In this document: positions 27,706 through 38,157 of the stretch, piece after piece
How the letters are laid out: every line of letters starts with the position of its first letter
Position numbering within the stretch: position 1 is the first letter of the stretch
Source of the DNA: Candidatus Kaiserbacteria bacterium
Lineage (GTDB): Bacteria > Patescibacteriota > Minisyncoccia > Phycocordibacterales > UBA2100
Assembly: GCA_017134395.1 (NCBI GenBank)
Contig: CP070993.1
Span: 87,231-151,230, forward strand
Length of the DNA: 64,000 nt
Direction of reading: 5' to 3'
Translations under genes and position numbers: made by a program
The notes under the pieces: model-generated
Told to the model about the DNA's origin: nothing
The model's input: the letters and a program-made list of their open reading frames with translations, nothing else
Databases searched by the model: none

Positions 27706-28486
27706 TCGGCATAACAGTGGCGCGAAAAAGAAAGTATTTGTTGCTTTTGTGTTTCTAGCTGTCGTATTGTTTGGAGTAGATTATGTAACAAAAGGGAGTG
27801 TTGCGAATGTAGCCCGTACACCGGTACAGGTGGTATCTAGTGCAAACACGATGATAGGCAGCGCAATTGTGTCTGTTCAGCAGGCATTTGCTCGAAAAAC
27901 AACACTGCAAAGAGATCAGGATAGATTAAAAGAACGAATTGCCGAGCTAGAATTGTACGCACTCAACAATTTGGTACTTGTTGCTGAGAATGAAGAACTT
28001 CGAGCTCTATTGGGCGAGGAGGACACCGTACTACATACTGGAATACTCGCTAACGTTTTGTCTCGGGGTGGAATGTATCCATATGGAACACTTATTATTT
28101 CTCGGGGTGCTGATACACAGTATTCAGTCGGTAGCTTAGTTTTTGGCAAAGGAAATATACTTATTGGGAAAATAGAAGAAATTGGAAAAACAAATGCAAC
28201 TGTTCGATTATTATCTGCACCAGCTGAGAGGACTACCGTTCTCGTTGGTTCTGGCGAACGGCTCACCGAACTAACGGTACAAGGTATTGGTAACGGAAAT
28301 ATGGTTGCAGAAGTTGCACGTGACGCAGATATTAGAAGTGGTGACCCAGTTGTGCTGGCAAGTAGAGAAACAGTGATTGTAGGAGATGTTCAAGATATTG
28401 AGACAAAATCGACGGATGCATTTCAACGTATTCGTGTTCGAACACCAATAAATCTGCATACCTTACGGTTTGTACGCGTACGTTAA
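27683..28486 (+). CDS. mreC: Rod shape protein MreC
   Basis: TM, coiled coil ENEELRALLG, beta domain; synteny. Confidence 0.88.
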   Translation: MNFHLQNNRHNSGAKKKVFVAFVFLAVVLFGVDYVTKGSVANVARTPVQVVSSANTMIGSAIVSVQQAFARKTTLQRDQDRLKERIAELELYALNNLVLVAENEELRALLGEEDTVLHTGILANVLSRGGMYPYGTLIISRGADTQYSVGSLVFGKGNILIGKIEEIGKTNATVRLLSAPAERTTVLVGSGERLTELTVQGIGNGNMVAEVARDADIRSGDPVVLASRETVIVGDVQDIETKSTDAFQRIRVRTPINLHTLRFVRVR

Positions 28487-28489
28487 TAT

Positions 28490-28738
28490 ATGAAGTGCCT
28501 CCACGCATTTTTATCGGGAATCTTCATCTCAGGAGTCATTGGTGGATTGTGGTGGCTGATACTTGCGGCTGGGTTTCTCACTATTCTTGTTCAAAGATCG
28601 TACTTCATTCTCGCCATTGGTGTAATTTTAGACTTATGGTTTGCGCACAATGGCATTCCCGGTTTTTACACAGGATTCTTTTTAATAACAACTATTTTAG
28701 TTGAGTACTTTCGTGAACATTTGTTTTGGACTTCGTAA
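28490..28738 (+). CDS. Small membrane protein in the MreD position
   Basis: Hydrophobic 82 aa between mreC and pbp2. Confidence 0.6.
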   Translation: MKCLHAFLSGIFISGVIGGLWWLILAAGFLTILVQRSYFILAIGVILDLWFAHNGIPGFYTGFFLITTILVEYFREHLFWTS

Positions 28739-28766
28739 TTCCAAGAAAATAGTTTAATCTAACTAT

Positions 28767-30506
28767 ATGTTTGGGCTGAAACGAAAAAATTCTTCTAGAA
28801 TAAAATATTCGAATATTGATCCTGATGAAGTTCTTTTAGATGCATTTAATCTTCCCTCATTTGATACGAACCAATTTGAGGGAAGAGTTGAGAGGTCAAT
28901 ACAAAGAAATATACCATTGTTTGTTGGAGGCTTTGCAGCATTTATTTTTCTTATATTCTTATTTCAGGCGTGGAATTTACAAATTGCACGAGGTGAAGCA
29001 ATAGCTCTTTTATCTCAACAAAACCGCTTAGACCATGAAGTGCTGTTTGCAGAGCGTGGAGTCATTTTTGATAGACTTGGACGTGAGCTGGTATGGAACA
29101 CACTTCCTGAGTTTATAGAGGGTACAGAAACGCACGATACGTTTTCTTTACGCGCATACACACAACAGGAAGGGTTCGCACATATTCTGGGGTTCGTAGG
29201 ATATCCTGAGAAGGACTCTAGTGGGTTTTGGTGGCGTACAGACTATGTGGGTAAGGCTGGGGTAGAAAGCAGTCTCAACGAGACTTTGGAGGGCGAAAAT
29301 GGAGTTCGTATCATAGAAGTAGATGCTCTAAACAACATCCAATCTCAAAATATCATACGACCGCCAGTTGATGGTCAGAATGTTATTCTTAGTATCGATA
29401 AAGATGTCCAAGAAGCTCTATACAACGCAATAAAGAAAGGTGCACAACGTGCCGGATTTGTTGGTGCTTCGAGTGTGGTCTTAGACGTACAAACTGGTGA
29501 AGTTATCGCCATTACCAGCTATCCAGAATACTCGCCACAGGTAATGACAGACGGAGTTCCTGAAGAGGCTATACAATCATACACAAGTGACGGAGGGCAG
29601 CCGTTTTTAAATCGCGCAATAACAGGTGAGTACACACCCGGCTCGATAGTGAAGCCATACATAGCAGCAGCAGCACTTTCTGAAGGGATTGTTACTGCTA
29701 ACACGTCATTTTTATCAACGGGAGAAATTCGTATACCGAACCCCTATTCTCCAGATAATGATTCAATTTTTCGTGATTGGAAGGCTCACGGGTGGGTGAA
29801 TGCCATTGAAGCGTTGGCTGTTTCGTCGAACGTGTATTTCTATACGGTTGGCGGCGGTTACGAAGGACAAGAGGGTCTGGGTATCGAAAAACTTGCAGCA
29901 TACGCAACACGGTTTGGTCTAGGGCAGCCTACGGGCATAGATTTTGGTTCTGAAGCAATAGGTGTTGTACCAACACCTATGTGGAAAGAAGAAGTATTCG
30001 GGAGTGATAATCCATGGCGTTTGGGAAATACATTTCATACTTCAATTGGACAATTCGGTTTTCTCGTAACACCGATACAAGCTGTTCGCTACATAGCAGC
30101 TGTTGCCAATGGAGGTGAGCTCTTAGTACCGCATGTCACAAAAGACACTACTACCGTACAAAGGTCTGTCGGCATAGAAGATACCTATCTTGAGATTGTA
30201 CGGACTGGAATGCGTAAGGGTGCAGAGTCGGGAACTTCTGTAGCCGTGAACGTTCCCGGTATTCGCATTGCTGGCAAAACAGGAACTGCGCAACTTGGTG
30301 TAAAGAATGAATCTATGAATTCTTGGGTCGTTGGTTTTTGGCCGGCTGACAATCCACGTTTTGCGTTTGCAACGGTATTAGAAAAAGCGCCGGCTGGAAC
30401 TCTGCAAGGTGCGGCTCCTGCGATGCGCAGTTTCTTTGAGTGGTTAGTGAATGAGCAACCAGAATACACAAATGGAGAATACCCAATCAATGAAACAAAA
30501 GACTAG
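28767..30506 (+). CDS. mrdA: Penicillin-binding protein 2
   Basis: PGSIVK, SSN, KTGTAQ; in the mre operon. Confidence 0.92.
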   Translation: MFGLKRKNSSRIKYSNIDPDEVLLDAFNLPSFDTNQFEGRVERSIQRNIPLFVGGFAAFIFLIFLFQAWNLQIARGEAIALLSQQNRLDHEVLFAERGVIFDRLGRELVWNTLPEFIEGTETHDTFSLRAYTQQEGFAHILGFVGYPEKDSSGFWWRTDYVGKAGVESSLNETLEGENGVRIIEVDALNNIQSQNIIRPPVDGQNVILSIDKDVQEALYNAIKKGAQRAGFVGASSVVLDVQTGEVIAITSYPEYSPQVMTDGVPEEAIQSYTSDGGQPFLNRAITGEYTPGSIVKPYIAAAALSEGIVTANTSFLSTGEIRIPNPYSPDNDSIFRDWKAHGWVNAIEALAVSSNVYFYTVGGGYEGQEGLGIEKLAAYATRFGLGQPTGIDFGSEAIGVVPTPMWKEEVFGSDNPWRLGNTFHTSIGQFGFLVTPIQAVRYIAAVANGGELLVPHVTKDTTTVQRSVGIEDTYLEIVRTGMRKGAESGTSVAVNVPGIRIAGKTGTAQLGVKNESMNSWVVGFWPADNPRFAFATVLEKAPAGTLQGAAPAMRSFFEWLVNEQPEYTNGEYPINETKD

Positions 30507-30547
30507 CCCTTCCGTTTTTTAATCTGCTCCAGTATACTAACGCCACT

Positions 30548-31021
30548 ATGAATCAGGAAAACGATCAATACCTAACACAAGAAAAGTTTGAAGAGTTTAC
30601 AAAAGAGCTCGATCACTTGCGTTCAACACGTCGGCGAGAAATTGCGGAACAGCTAGAATACGCACGTTCTCTTGGAGACTTATCAGAGAATGCTGAGTAC
30701 CAAGAAGCACGGGAATTACAAGGTGCAACTGAAGGTAGAATTAAACAGTTAGAATCTATACTGACAACAGCTCAGGTGCTAGATAAATCAACGAAGAGCA
30801 ACGAGATACATATTGGATCAAAAGTGACGATTGTTAAGGTTGGTGAAAAAGATGAAAGGGAGTACGAAATTGTTGGATCAGTCGAGGCAAATATGCGAGA
30901 ACGCAAAATATCGCACATGTCACCACTTGGGATGGCGATGGTTGGAAAGAAGAAAGGCGACTCGTTTGACTTAGAAACACCCAACGGTATTGCTAAGTAC
31001 AAAATCATTAAGATTTCCTAG
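30548..31021 (+). CDS. greA: Transcription elongation factor GreA
   Basis: GDLSENAEY, ISHMSPLG. Confidence 0.96.
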   Translation: MNQENDQYLTQEKFEEFTKELDHLRSTRRREIAEQLEYARSLGDLSENAEYQEARELQGATEGRIKQLESILTTAQVLDKSTKSNEIHIGSKVTIVKVGEKDEREYEIVGSVEANMRERKISHMSPLGMAMVGKKKGDSFDLETPNGIAKYKIIKIS

Positions 31022-31078
31022 TACTTTTAACTAGTTTTAGTTTGAGAAGTTCTACGTTTTATGTAGAATCAATTACAT

Positions 31079-32647
31079 ATGTTTTGGGCCGATAAAATAG
31101 CAGAAGAAATTAGCGAACAGCTGAAGAATAAAATCGCCAGTGGTGAGACTCTTACCATGCGAGATGAAAAAACCTCAAGTGGGCGAGTTCATGTTGGTTC
31201 AATGCGTGGTGTTGCGATACATGGAATCGTAGCAGATGTACTTAAAGAGAAAGGTGTTTCTGTTGATTTCCACTACGAAATAAATGATTTTGACCCCATG
31301 GATGGACTTCCTGTGTATCTCGATAAGGAAGAATACGAGCAGTACATGGGTAAGCCGCTTTCTGAAATACCATCTCCTGATGGAAAGGCAAAAAATTTTG
31401 CAGAATACTACGCAGCTGAATACAAAGGGGTTATAGAGGACGCTGGATTCACTCCTCTTTTTTATCGTGCGAGTGAATTATATAAGTCAGGAAAAATGAA
31501 CGAAGTGATTCGCACAGCACTAGAGCGTGCACCCGAGATAAGGGCAATCTATAAAAAGGTAAGTGGAGGAGAAAAGGCAGATGATTGGTTGCCACTTTCA
31601 GTTGTGTGCGAAGAATGTGGAAGGATTGGTACCACCAAAGCAATTTCGTTTGATGGAGACGAAGTTTCATATGAATGTCGTAATGATCTTGTTGAGTGGG
31701 CAAAAGGTTGTGGACACAATGGGAAAGTGAGTCCGTTTGACGGCAATGCGAAGCTTCCTTGGAAAGTCGAGTGGGCTGCAAAATTTAAGGTAATGGATGT
31801 TGATATTGAAGGTGGAGGAAAAGACCATTCAACCCGCGGAGGTGCGCGTGATGTCGCAAACGCTATCTCGCGTCAAGTTTTTGAGCACGTACCACCATTT
31901 GATATTCCGTATGAATTTTTCTTGGTTGGTGGAAAGAAGATGTCTAGTTCCAAAGGAGCTGGATCATCTGCGCGTGAAATTGCAGATTCACTACCGCGAA
32001 AAATCTTTCGCGTTGCGCTTATGGGAACACGTCCAATGCGTGCAATTAACTTTGAACCAGAAGGAACAACGATACCGACACTGTTTGATAGGTATGATGA
32101 AATCGCAGAGAAGTACTGGTCTGGCATAGAAGACGATGACACACGGTTTTATAAACTCGTGCATCTCAATGATGTCCCTGAGTCTTATTTCAGAATGCGT
32201 TTTTCAGAAGTGGCTTTTCTTAGCCAGATGCCACATATAGATATTTTCGCTGAGGCTGAAAAGCAAAAAGGGAGTGCTCTGAATGAGATTGAAAAAGGGG
32301 AGCTACACGAGCGCGTTGATTACGCGAGCGCTTGGTTAAAGCAACATGCTCCTGAACGCTACGTATTTGAACTACAGGAAAGCACTCCTGACATTGAGAT
32401 TAGCGAACTTCAAAAGAAAGCTTTTAGCGAAATACTTACGTATGTAGAGAGTACTGCAGAAATAACCGGTGAAGACTTTCATCACCAGCTACACGAGATA
32501 AAACAAAGTGTAGGTATTGAACCCAAAGAACTTTTTTCCGGTCTTTACAGAATATTTTTAAATCGTGACTCGGGTCCGCAGGCAGGGTGGTTCCTCAGTG
32601 TCTTGCCGAGAGAGTTTCTTATACAGCGTTTTAAAGAAGTGATTTAG
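31079..32647 (+). CDS. lysS: Class I lysyl-tRNA synthetase
   Basis: MFWAD, SGRVHVG, KLPWKVEW, GKDH, KMSSSKG. Confidence 0.95.
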   Translation: MFWADKIAEEISEQLKNKIASGETLTMRDEKTSSGRVHVGSMRGVAIHGIVADVLKEKGVSVDFHYEINDFDPMDGLPVYLDKEEYEQYMGKPLSEIPSPDGKAKNFAEYYAAEYKGVIEDAGFTPLFYRASELYKSGKMNEVIRTALERAPEIRAIYKKVSGGEKADDWLPLSVVCEECGRIGTTKAISFDGDEVSYECRNDLVEWAKGCGHNGKVSPFDGNAKLPWKVEWAAKFKVMDVDIEGGGKDHSTRGGARDVANAISRQVFEHVPPFDIPYEFFLVGGKKMSSSKGAGSSAREIADSLPRKIFRVALMGTRPMRAINFEPEGTTIPTLFDRYDEIAEKYWSGIEDDDTRFYKLVHLNDVPESYFRMRFSEVAFLSQMPHIDIFAEAEKQKGSALNEIEKGELHERVDYASAWLKQHAPERYVFELQESTPDIEISELQKKAFSEILTYVESTAEITGEDFHHQLHEIKQSVGIEPKELFSGLYRIFLNRDSGPQAGWFLSVLPREFLIQRFKEVI

Positions 32648-32659
32648 CTACTAAACATT

Positions 32660-32702
32660 ATACGAAAAAACCCGGCTGCATGGCAGCCGGGTTTTTTCGT
32701 AT
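32660..32702 (+). terminator. Intrinsic terminator
   Basis: ATACGAAAAAACCCGGCTGC...GCAGCCGGGTTTTTTCGTAT. Confidence 0.9.
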
Positions 32703-32732
32703 GTGCGCAATGTGGATAAGTAGTTTCATAGA

Positions 32733-32778
32733 GTGGAACAAAGTGTAGTAATATGTGATGGAAGTGGGAAGGAGTGGG
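32733..32778 (+). promoter_or_regulatory. MraZ-binding direct repeats
   Basis: GTGGA/GTGTA and GTGGG/GTGGG pairs at 10-nt spacing upstream of mraZ. Confidence 0.65.
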
Positions 32779-32801
32779 AAATAGGAAATTATATAAACTT
32801 T

Positions 32802-33236
32802 ATGCTTCTCGGCGAATACACACATACACTCGACGATAAGAAACGGCTCATGTTGCCTAAGAAGTTTAAAGATACTCTCGGAAAGAAATTAGTAATAACT
32901 CGAGGGCTCGATAATTGTTTATTTGTTTACTCCGATAAGGAATGGGCCAGCATTGCAAAGCGTTTACGAGAACTCAGTTTTGCACAAGCTGACACCAGGG
33001 GATTCAACCGCTTCATGTTCTCCGGGGCTGCGGAGGTAACACTCGACAGCGCAGGAAGAATATTAGTTCCAGAGCATCTTAAAAAGTTTGCTGCACTCAA
33101 AACAAAAGTTGTTTTAGCTGGTGTATCAGACAGAGTCGAGATCTGGGACGAGAAACGATGGTCGCTGTACCAAGAAAAGATTGAGAAACAGGGAGATGCC
33201 ATGGCAGAGAAGTTGGGCGAAATAGGGGTTTTATAG
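32802..33236 (+). CDS. mraZ: Transcriptional regulator MraZ
   Basis: DDKKRL, TRGLDNCL, DSAGRILVP, VEIW. Confidence 0.96.
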   Translation: MLLGEYTHTLDDKKRLMLPKKFKDTLGKKLVITRGLDNCLFVYSDKEWASIAKRLRELSFAQADTRGFNRFMFSGAAEVTLDSAGRILVPEHLKKFAALKTKVVLAGVSDRVEIWDEKRWSLYQEKIEKQGDAMAEKLGEIGVL

Positions 33237-33286
33237 AGTCAGTACGAAATTTATAAATTAATTAAGTAAGACATACATACTCGAAG

Positions 33287-33370
33287 TTGTTTACATCGAG
33301 TTGCTGGAGGATTTTCCATAGTCATGCGCACTCAAAATTATGCAATCCTCCAGCGGCTCGACGTCGACAA
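33287..33370 (+). promoter_or_regulatory. Long RNA hairpin covering the rsmH start
   Basis: TCGAGTTGCTGGAGGATT pairs with AATCCTCCAGCGGCTCGA, with U-G wobbles on the plus strand. Confidence 0.65.
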
Positions 33371-34293
33371 ACACAATCACCCGACACGTACCTGTTCTTT
33401 TACAAGAAGTACTCGAAGTACTTAACATACAAGAGGATGATGTAGTGCTTGATGCCACACTCGGTGGCGGAGGGCATGCAAAAGCGTTTGCGCAACATCT
33501 TGGGAAGTCTGGTCATTTGGTCGGCTTTGATGTTGATAGCGGTGCTTTGGCACGAGCACGAGAGCAACTCTCAGGTGTTGAGCCACAAGTTACGTTGATT
33601 CACGATAACTTCCGTAACGTTTCTGCGAAGTTAGCAGAATATGGAATTAAAGGAATTGACAAAGCCCTTTTCGATCTTGGGTGGAGTAGCGATCAATTAG
33701 AAGTTTCAGGTCGCGGCTTCAGTTTTGAGCGCGAAGAACCGCTTCAGATGACTTTGAGTGACTCGGTTACCGAAGAGACGCTTACTGCATTGGAAATTGT
33801 GAATACGTGGCAAGAAGAAAGTATTGCCGACATTCTCTATGGGTGGGGAGGTGAACGCTTTTCACGTCGCATTGCACGAGCAATCGTTGCAGCGAGAAAA
33901 GAATCACCAATAGAAACAACCTCACAGCTTGTTGAGATTGTTACCCGAGCAGTCCCAGCAGCACACCGTCGTGGAAAAAGAAATCCTGCGACAAAAACAT
34001 TTCAAGCACTTCGAATAGCCGTGAATGATGAATTGGGAGCACTTAAAGACGCACTTCAAGCGCTTCCACACATTATTCATGAAGGGGCAGTGGTTGCATT
34101 TTTAACCTTCCACAGCCTTGAGGATAAATTAGTAAAGGAGACGTTCCGTACTTGGGCAAAAGAAGGTATCGGATCGATGGTTACAAAGAAACCAATTCCT
34201 CCAAGTGCATCCGAAGTTGGGCACAATCCGCGTTCACGTAGCGCAAAACTTCGAGCATTTACATTCACACACTATGCAAAAGATAATCAGTAA
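33340..34293 (+). CDS. rsmH: 16S rRNA m4C1402 methyltransferase
   Basis: HVPVLL, DATLGGGGH, FQALRIAVNDEL, NPRSRSAKLR. Confidence 0.96.
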   Translation: MQSSSGSTSTNTITRHVPVLLQEVLEVLNIQEDDVVLDATLGGGGHAKAFAQHLGKSGHLVGFDVDSGALARAREQLSGVEPQVTLIHDNFRNVSAKLAEYGIKGIDKALFDLGWSSDQLEVSGRGFSFEREEPLQMTLSDSVTEETLTALEIVNTWQEESIADILYGWGGERFSRRIARAIVAARKESPIETTSQLVEIVTRAVPAAHRRGKRNPATKTFQALRIAVNDELGALKDALQALPHIIHEGAVVAFLTFHSLEDKLVKETFRTWAKEGIGSMVTKKPIPPSASEVGHNPRSRSAKLRAFTFTHYAKDNQ

Positions 34294-34612
34294 AAAACAA
34301 ATACGAACAGTGGCAGCAGTTTTGTATGCTGTGGAGCAACGAGCAGTAACATTGTTACTCGCTGCGTTAGTAGTTCTTGCATTTTTATACGTATACTTTA
34401 TCGGAAGCGCTGTTGTACATGTGGTGGAACGCAAAGAGGTACAGCATACAATTGCAAATGTTAGTTCACGCATTGCGACCTTAGAAGTAGATTATTTTGA
34501 GCAAAAAAGCACAATAACAGAAAATCTTGCTACAGAAATGAATTTCAAAGCTGTTGCACAAAAAGACTTTGTAGATAGGACACGATATCTTGGTCGTGCG
34601 AGTGTACAATAG
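34274..34612 (+). CDS. ftsL: FtsL-like cell division protein
   Basis: TM + coiled coil between rsmH and ftsI. Confidence 0.65.
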   Translation: MQKIISKKQIRTVAAVLYAVEQRAVTLLLAALVVLAFLYVYFIGSAVVHVVERKEVQHTIANVSSRIATLEVDYFEQKSTITENLATEMNFKAVAQKDFVDRTRYLGRASVQ

Positions 34613-34621
34613 AAGAGTACG

Positions 34622-36343
34622 ATGGCGACTACACAAAACAGAAATAATTTTAAAATAAGAACCCGTGTCATTTTAGGCGCGGTTCTTTTTGTTGCATTAC
34701 TCCTTGTTACTCGGTTGTATTTTCTACAAATAGTACACGGTAGTGAATATCGAATAGAGGCAAGCGATCAGTATGTGAGTACCTCAGGTGGGTTCTATGA
34801 CAGAGGAAGTATTTTCTTTGTCGATAAAAATAATTTACAGGTACGTGGTGCAACTATAAAAACAGGGTTCCTACTTGCTATAAAGCCAGTTGAAATTGTG
34901 GACGCCGAGCAGGTGTATTCAGTATTGGAGCCATACATAGAGATAGACAAAGAGACTTTCATGATTAGAGCTACAAAAGAAGGTGACCCGTATGAAGAAG
35001 TCGCGACACGTTTGAATACAGAAGCAGCTGCAGCGATACGAGAAGCTGACTTGGATGGAGTATTGTTACTTCCCGACCATTGGCGTTATTATCCAAGTGG
35101 TGCGCTTGCTGCTCACACCTTAGGCTTCGTAGCCTACGATGGAGCAGAGAGAAATGGGCGCTATGGTCTTGAACGACATTTCGATGATGTGCTCGTACGT
35201 GGCTCAAGTAGTTTGTACATAAACTTTTTTGCTGAACTCTTTACGAACATTCGAGACGTGGTGTTTGTTCCAGTGAATAAACGGGAAGGAAATATCGTTA
35301 CAACTCTTGAGCCAGAAGTTCAAGTGCAACTCGAGCGTGTCCTTATTGAAATGAAGGAGAAATGGGATTCACAGTTTACTGCAGGAATTGTTATTGACCC
35401 ACAAACAGGAGCAGTGCGTGCACTTGCAGTAACCCCGACGTTTGATTTAAATGATTTCGGAAGTGCAGAAACTGCTGACTTTGCGAATCCATTAATCGAG
35501 CGAGTATACGAAATGGGCTCTATTATGAAGCCACTTACTATGGCTGCTGGACTTGATTCAGGTGCAGTAACGTCTGAGAGTACCTACAATGACCGTGGCT
35601 CAATAAAACTAGACACGTACACCATTTCTAATTTCGATGGCAAAGCACGTGGTGTGGTACCAATGCAAGAGATTCTCTCGCAGTCTTTAAACACTGGTGT
35701 AGCTCACATCGTTACGGAAATGGGGAAGGATGAATTCAGACGATACATGTACCGATACGGTATAAACGAAGAGACGGGTATTGATTTACCTAACGAAGCT
35801 CACAACCTTACCGAAAACTTAAATAGCCCACGCGATGTCGAGTATGCAACCGCAAGCTTTGGACAAGGTGTTGCTTTGACTCCGATTACTATGGTTCGCG
35901 CACTTTCTATTTTACCGGATGGATATATTGAACAGCCACACATAGTGTCTGCCATACAACCAACGAGCGGAATCAAGCACGAGTTAGATTATTCTGATGT
36001 ACGAGAACAAATTCTTGATCCTGAGACAGCGGAAGAGATTACCCGTATGCTCGTTGAAGTTTTTGATGAGGCGCTGTTAGGCGGAGATGTAAAAAAAGAA
36101 CACTATAGTATCGCAGCAAAAACGGGTACTGCACAAATTGCATCACCTGATGGTGGTTACTATGACGACAAGTTCCTACATTCCTTTTTTGGTTACTTTC
36201 CTGCGTTTGATGCGAAGTATTTAGTTTTCCTTATGAATGTAGAACCACAAGGAGCACAATATGCGTCACAAACACTCACTGAGCCATTTATGGAGATGAC
36301 CAATTTCCTTATTAATTACTACGATATTCCTCCGGACAGATAG
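34622..36343 (+). CDS. ftsI: Division transpeptidase PBP3
   Basis: GSIMK, SLN, KTGTAQ; dcw position. Confidence 0.92.
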   Translation: MATTQNRNNFKIRTRVILGAVLFVALLLVTRLYFLQIVHGSEYRIEASDQYVSTSGGFYDRGSIFFVDKNNLQVRGATIKTGFLLAIKPVEIVDAEQVYSVLEPYIEIDKETFMIRATKEGDPYEEVATRLNTEAAAAIREADLDGVLLLPDHWRYYPSGALAAHTLGFVAYDGAERNGRYGLERHFDDVLVRGSSSLYINFFAELFTNIRDVVFVPVNKREGNIVTTLEPEVQVQLERVLIEMKEKWDSQFTAGIVIDPQTGAVRALAVTPTFDLNDFGSAETADFANPLIERVYEMGSIMKPLTMAAGLDSGAVTSESTYNDRGSIKLDTYTISNFDGKARGVVPMQEILSQSLNTGVAHIVTEMGKDEFRRYMYRYGINEETGIDLPNEAHNLTENLNSPRDVEYATASFGQGVALTPITMVRALSILPDGYIEQPHIVSAIQPTSGIKHELDYSDVREQILDPETAEEITRMLVEVFDEALLGGDVKKEHYSIAAKTGTAQIASPDGGYYDDKFLHSFFGYFPAFDAKYLVFLMNVEPQGAQYASQTLTEPFMEMTNFLINYYDIPPDR

Positions 36344-36386
36344 GGTTTCAGACAGTCCAATACTCATGCTATGCTGTATAAATCTT

Positions 36387-37700
36387 ATGAGTGGCATAAA
36401 AAAAATAGTACGAAACATAGTCGTGTTTATTATCACGTGGGAGGCACATATGGTGCTCAAAAAGTATAAGCCACAGATTATTGCGATTACTGGAAGTGTG
36501 GGGAAAACAGGTACGAAGGACGCAATTTTTGCAGCGCTTGAAAACTCTCTCTTTGTGCGCAAAAGTGAAAAAACACTTAATAGCGAAATTGGTGTACCGC
36601 TTACCATTCTTGGGTGTGAGAGCGGCTGGAATAATCCAGTAAAATGGTTTAAAAATATTCTTGAAGGACTGGCACTCATTTTTCTTAGAAATCACTATCC
36701 AAAGTGGCTTGTGCTTGAAGTTGGCGTTGATCGACCAGGGGACATAGCAAGTCTCACGAAATGGTTGAAACCTGACATCACAATAATTACTGCACTACCG
36801 GACGTTCCGACTCATGTAGAGAATTTCAAAGATCCACAGGACGTTGCACGAGAAAAAAGGCTTCTTGCGGAAGCGTTGAAACCAGAAGGCACTTTGATTC
36901 TAGGTGGGGATGATAAACGAACCGCATCTTTGAAAAAAGATTTTTCTCAAATAAATACAATCATGTACGGAATTGAATCTCACAATGACATCGTAGGTTC
37001 GCACACTTCAATTTTTTATGATACAGAAGGACATCCGAGCGGCATGCAGTTTAAGGTTGATGAAAAAGGTTCCAGTATCCCTATAAAAATAGAGGGACGC
37101 ATTGGACAACAGCAAGTATATCCAATACTTGCCGCGTTTGCTGTAGCGAGAGCTGTAGGAATACCACCGCTTTCTATTACGAAAGGGATTGAACACTCGG
37201 GAGCATCGCGCGGGAGGATGCGAATTCTTGAAGGACATAATAACACTACAATAATAGATGATTCGTATAATTCGTCACCCACCGCAGTACGAGCTGCTCT
37301 TTCAACACTTAAAAAAGTTGAAACAAAAGGGAAGAAGATTGCTGTACTTGGTGACATGCTCGAGCTCGGCCGATTTAGCTCAGACGCTCACAAAAAAGTT
37401 GGTGTGCAGGTTGCAGGTGTTGCTGATGTACTTATCACTGTCGGAGTTCGTGCAAAAACTATCGCCCAATCAGCACGCGAAGCTGGTTTTGATATTGAAT
37501 GTATACAAGAGTTTGATGTGGGTGATTCAAAGGAAGCTGGTGCGGTAGTGCGTGCAATGCTGGAACCTAATGATGTAGTGCTCGTAAAAGGTTCCCAAAC
37601 AGGTATTCGTCTCGAGAAAGCTGTTAGGGAAATGCTTAAAGAGCCACAGCGAGCAAAAGAATTGCTTGTACGACAGGAAGACGAATGGCTCGCTCGGTAG
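36387..37700 (+). CDS. murF: UDP-MurNAc-tripeptide D-Ala-D-Ala ligase
   Basis: ITGSVGKT, DDSYNSSP, GDMLELG, VKGS. Confidence 0.94.
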   Translation: MSGIKKIVRNIVVFIITWEAHMVLKKYKPQIIAITGSVGKTGTKDAIFAALENSLFVRKSEKTLNSEIGVPLTILGCESGWNNPVKWFKNILEGLALIFLRNHYPKWLVLEVGVDRPGDIASLTKWLKPDITIITALPDVPTHVENFKDPQDVAREKRLLAEALKPEGTLILGGDDKRTASLKKDFSQINTIMYGIESHNDIVGSHTSIFYDTEGHPSGMQFKVDEKGSSIPIKIEGRIGQQQVYPILAAFAVARAVGIPPLSITKGIEHSGASRGRMRILEGHNNTTIIDDSYNSSPTAVRAALSTLKKVETKGKKIAVLGDMLELGRFSSDAHKKVGVQVAGVADVLITVGVRAKTIAQSAREAGFDIECIQEFDVGDSKEAGAVVRAMLEPNDVVLVKGSQTGIRLEKAVREMLKEPQRAKELLVRQEDEWLAR

Positions 37701-37742
37701 CTGGAAGAAAACACTAAATTGTGTACAATTGGGCGTCTAGAC

Positions 37743-37814
37743 GGCTCCATCGTCTAACGGTTAGGACATCGGCTTCTCAAGCCGGCAATCCGGGTTCGAT
37801 TCCCGGTGGAGTCA
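37743..37814 (+). tRNA. tRNA-Glu(CTC)
   Basis: Cloverleaf; anticodon loop TTCTCAA; CCA not encoded. Confidence 0.95.
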
Positions 37815-37822
37815 CAAAAAAT

Positions 37823-37858
37823 TAGAGTCCTGTACAGAAGATTCTGTACAGGACTCTT
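37823..37858. terminator. Hairpin terminator
   Basis: AGAGTCCTGTACAGAA...TTCTGTACAGGACTCT. Confidence 0.8.
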
Positions 37859-37876
37859 GGGTTCAAGAATGCTCAC

Positions 37877-38050
37877 TCATGGGCATGTAATCTGCAATGC
37901 TTCCTTGGCAAGCTCAGGTGTCCAAAGCACTCGCTCTGTCGAGCTGCATGGCACAGACTTTCTTGAAGGGAGCTTTCTCATAACGTGAGCAACTTCCCGC
38001 GGAATCTTGATGCTCGGATCAAGAACTATATCGTCGAAGTCATTTGTCAT
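37877..38050 (-). CDS. Orphan 57-aa protein (SD-led)
   Basis: GGAGGT SD before MTNDFDD; extended -10 TGGTATTCT. Confidence 0.55.
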   Translation of the reverse strand: MTNDFDDIVLDPSIKIPREVAHVMRKLPSRKSVPCSSTERVLWTPELAKEALQITCP

Positions 38051-38157
38051 AATTACCTCCATGTGCAAATGAGATCTGTATAAAGAATACCATGAAGAAC
38101 TTAGTTGCGTAGTATCGATTTTCGGTGGGAATCGAATAGGTAGGAGCTTTAGTTTAT

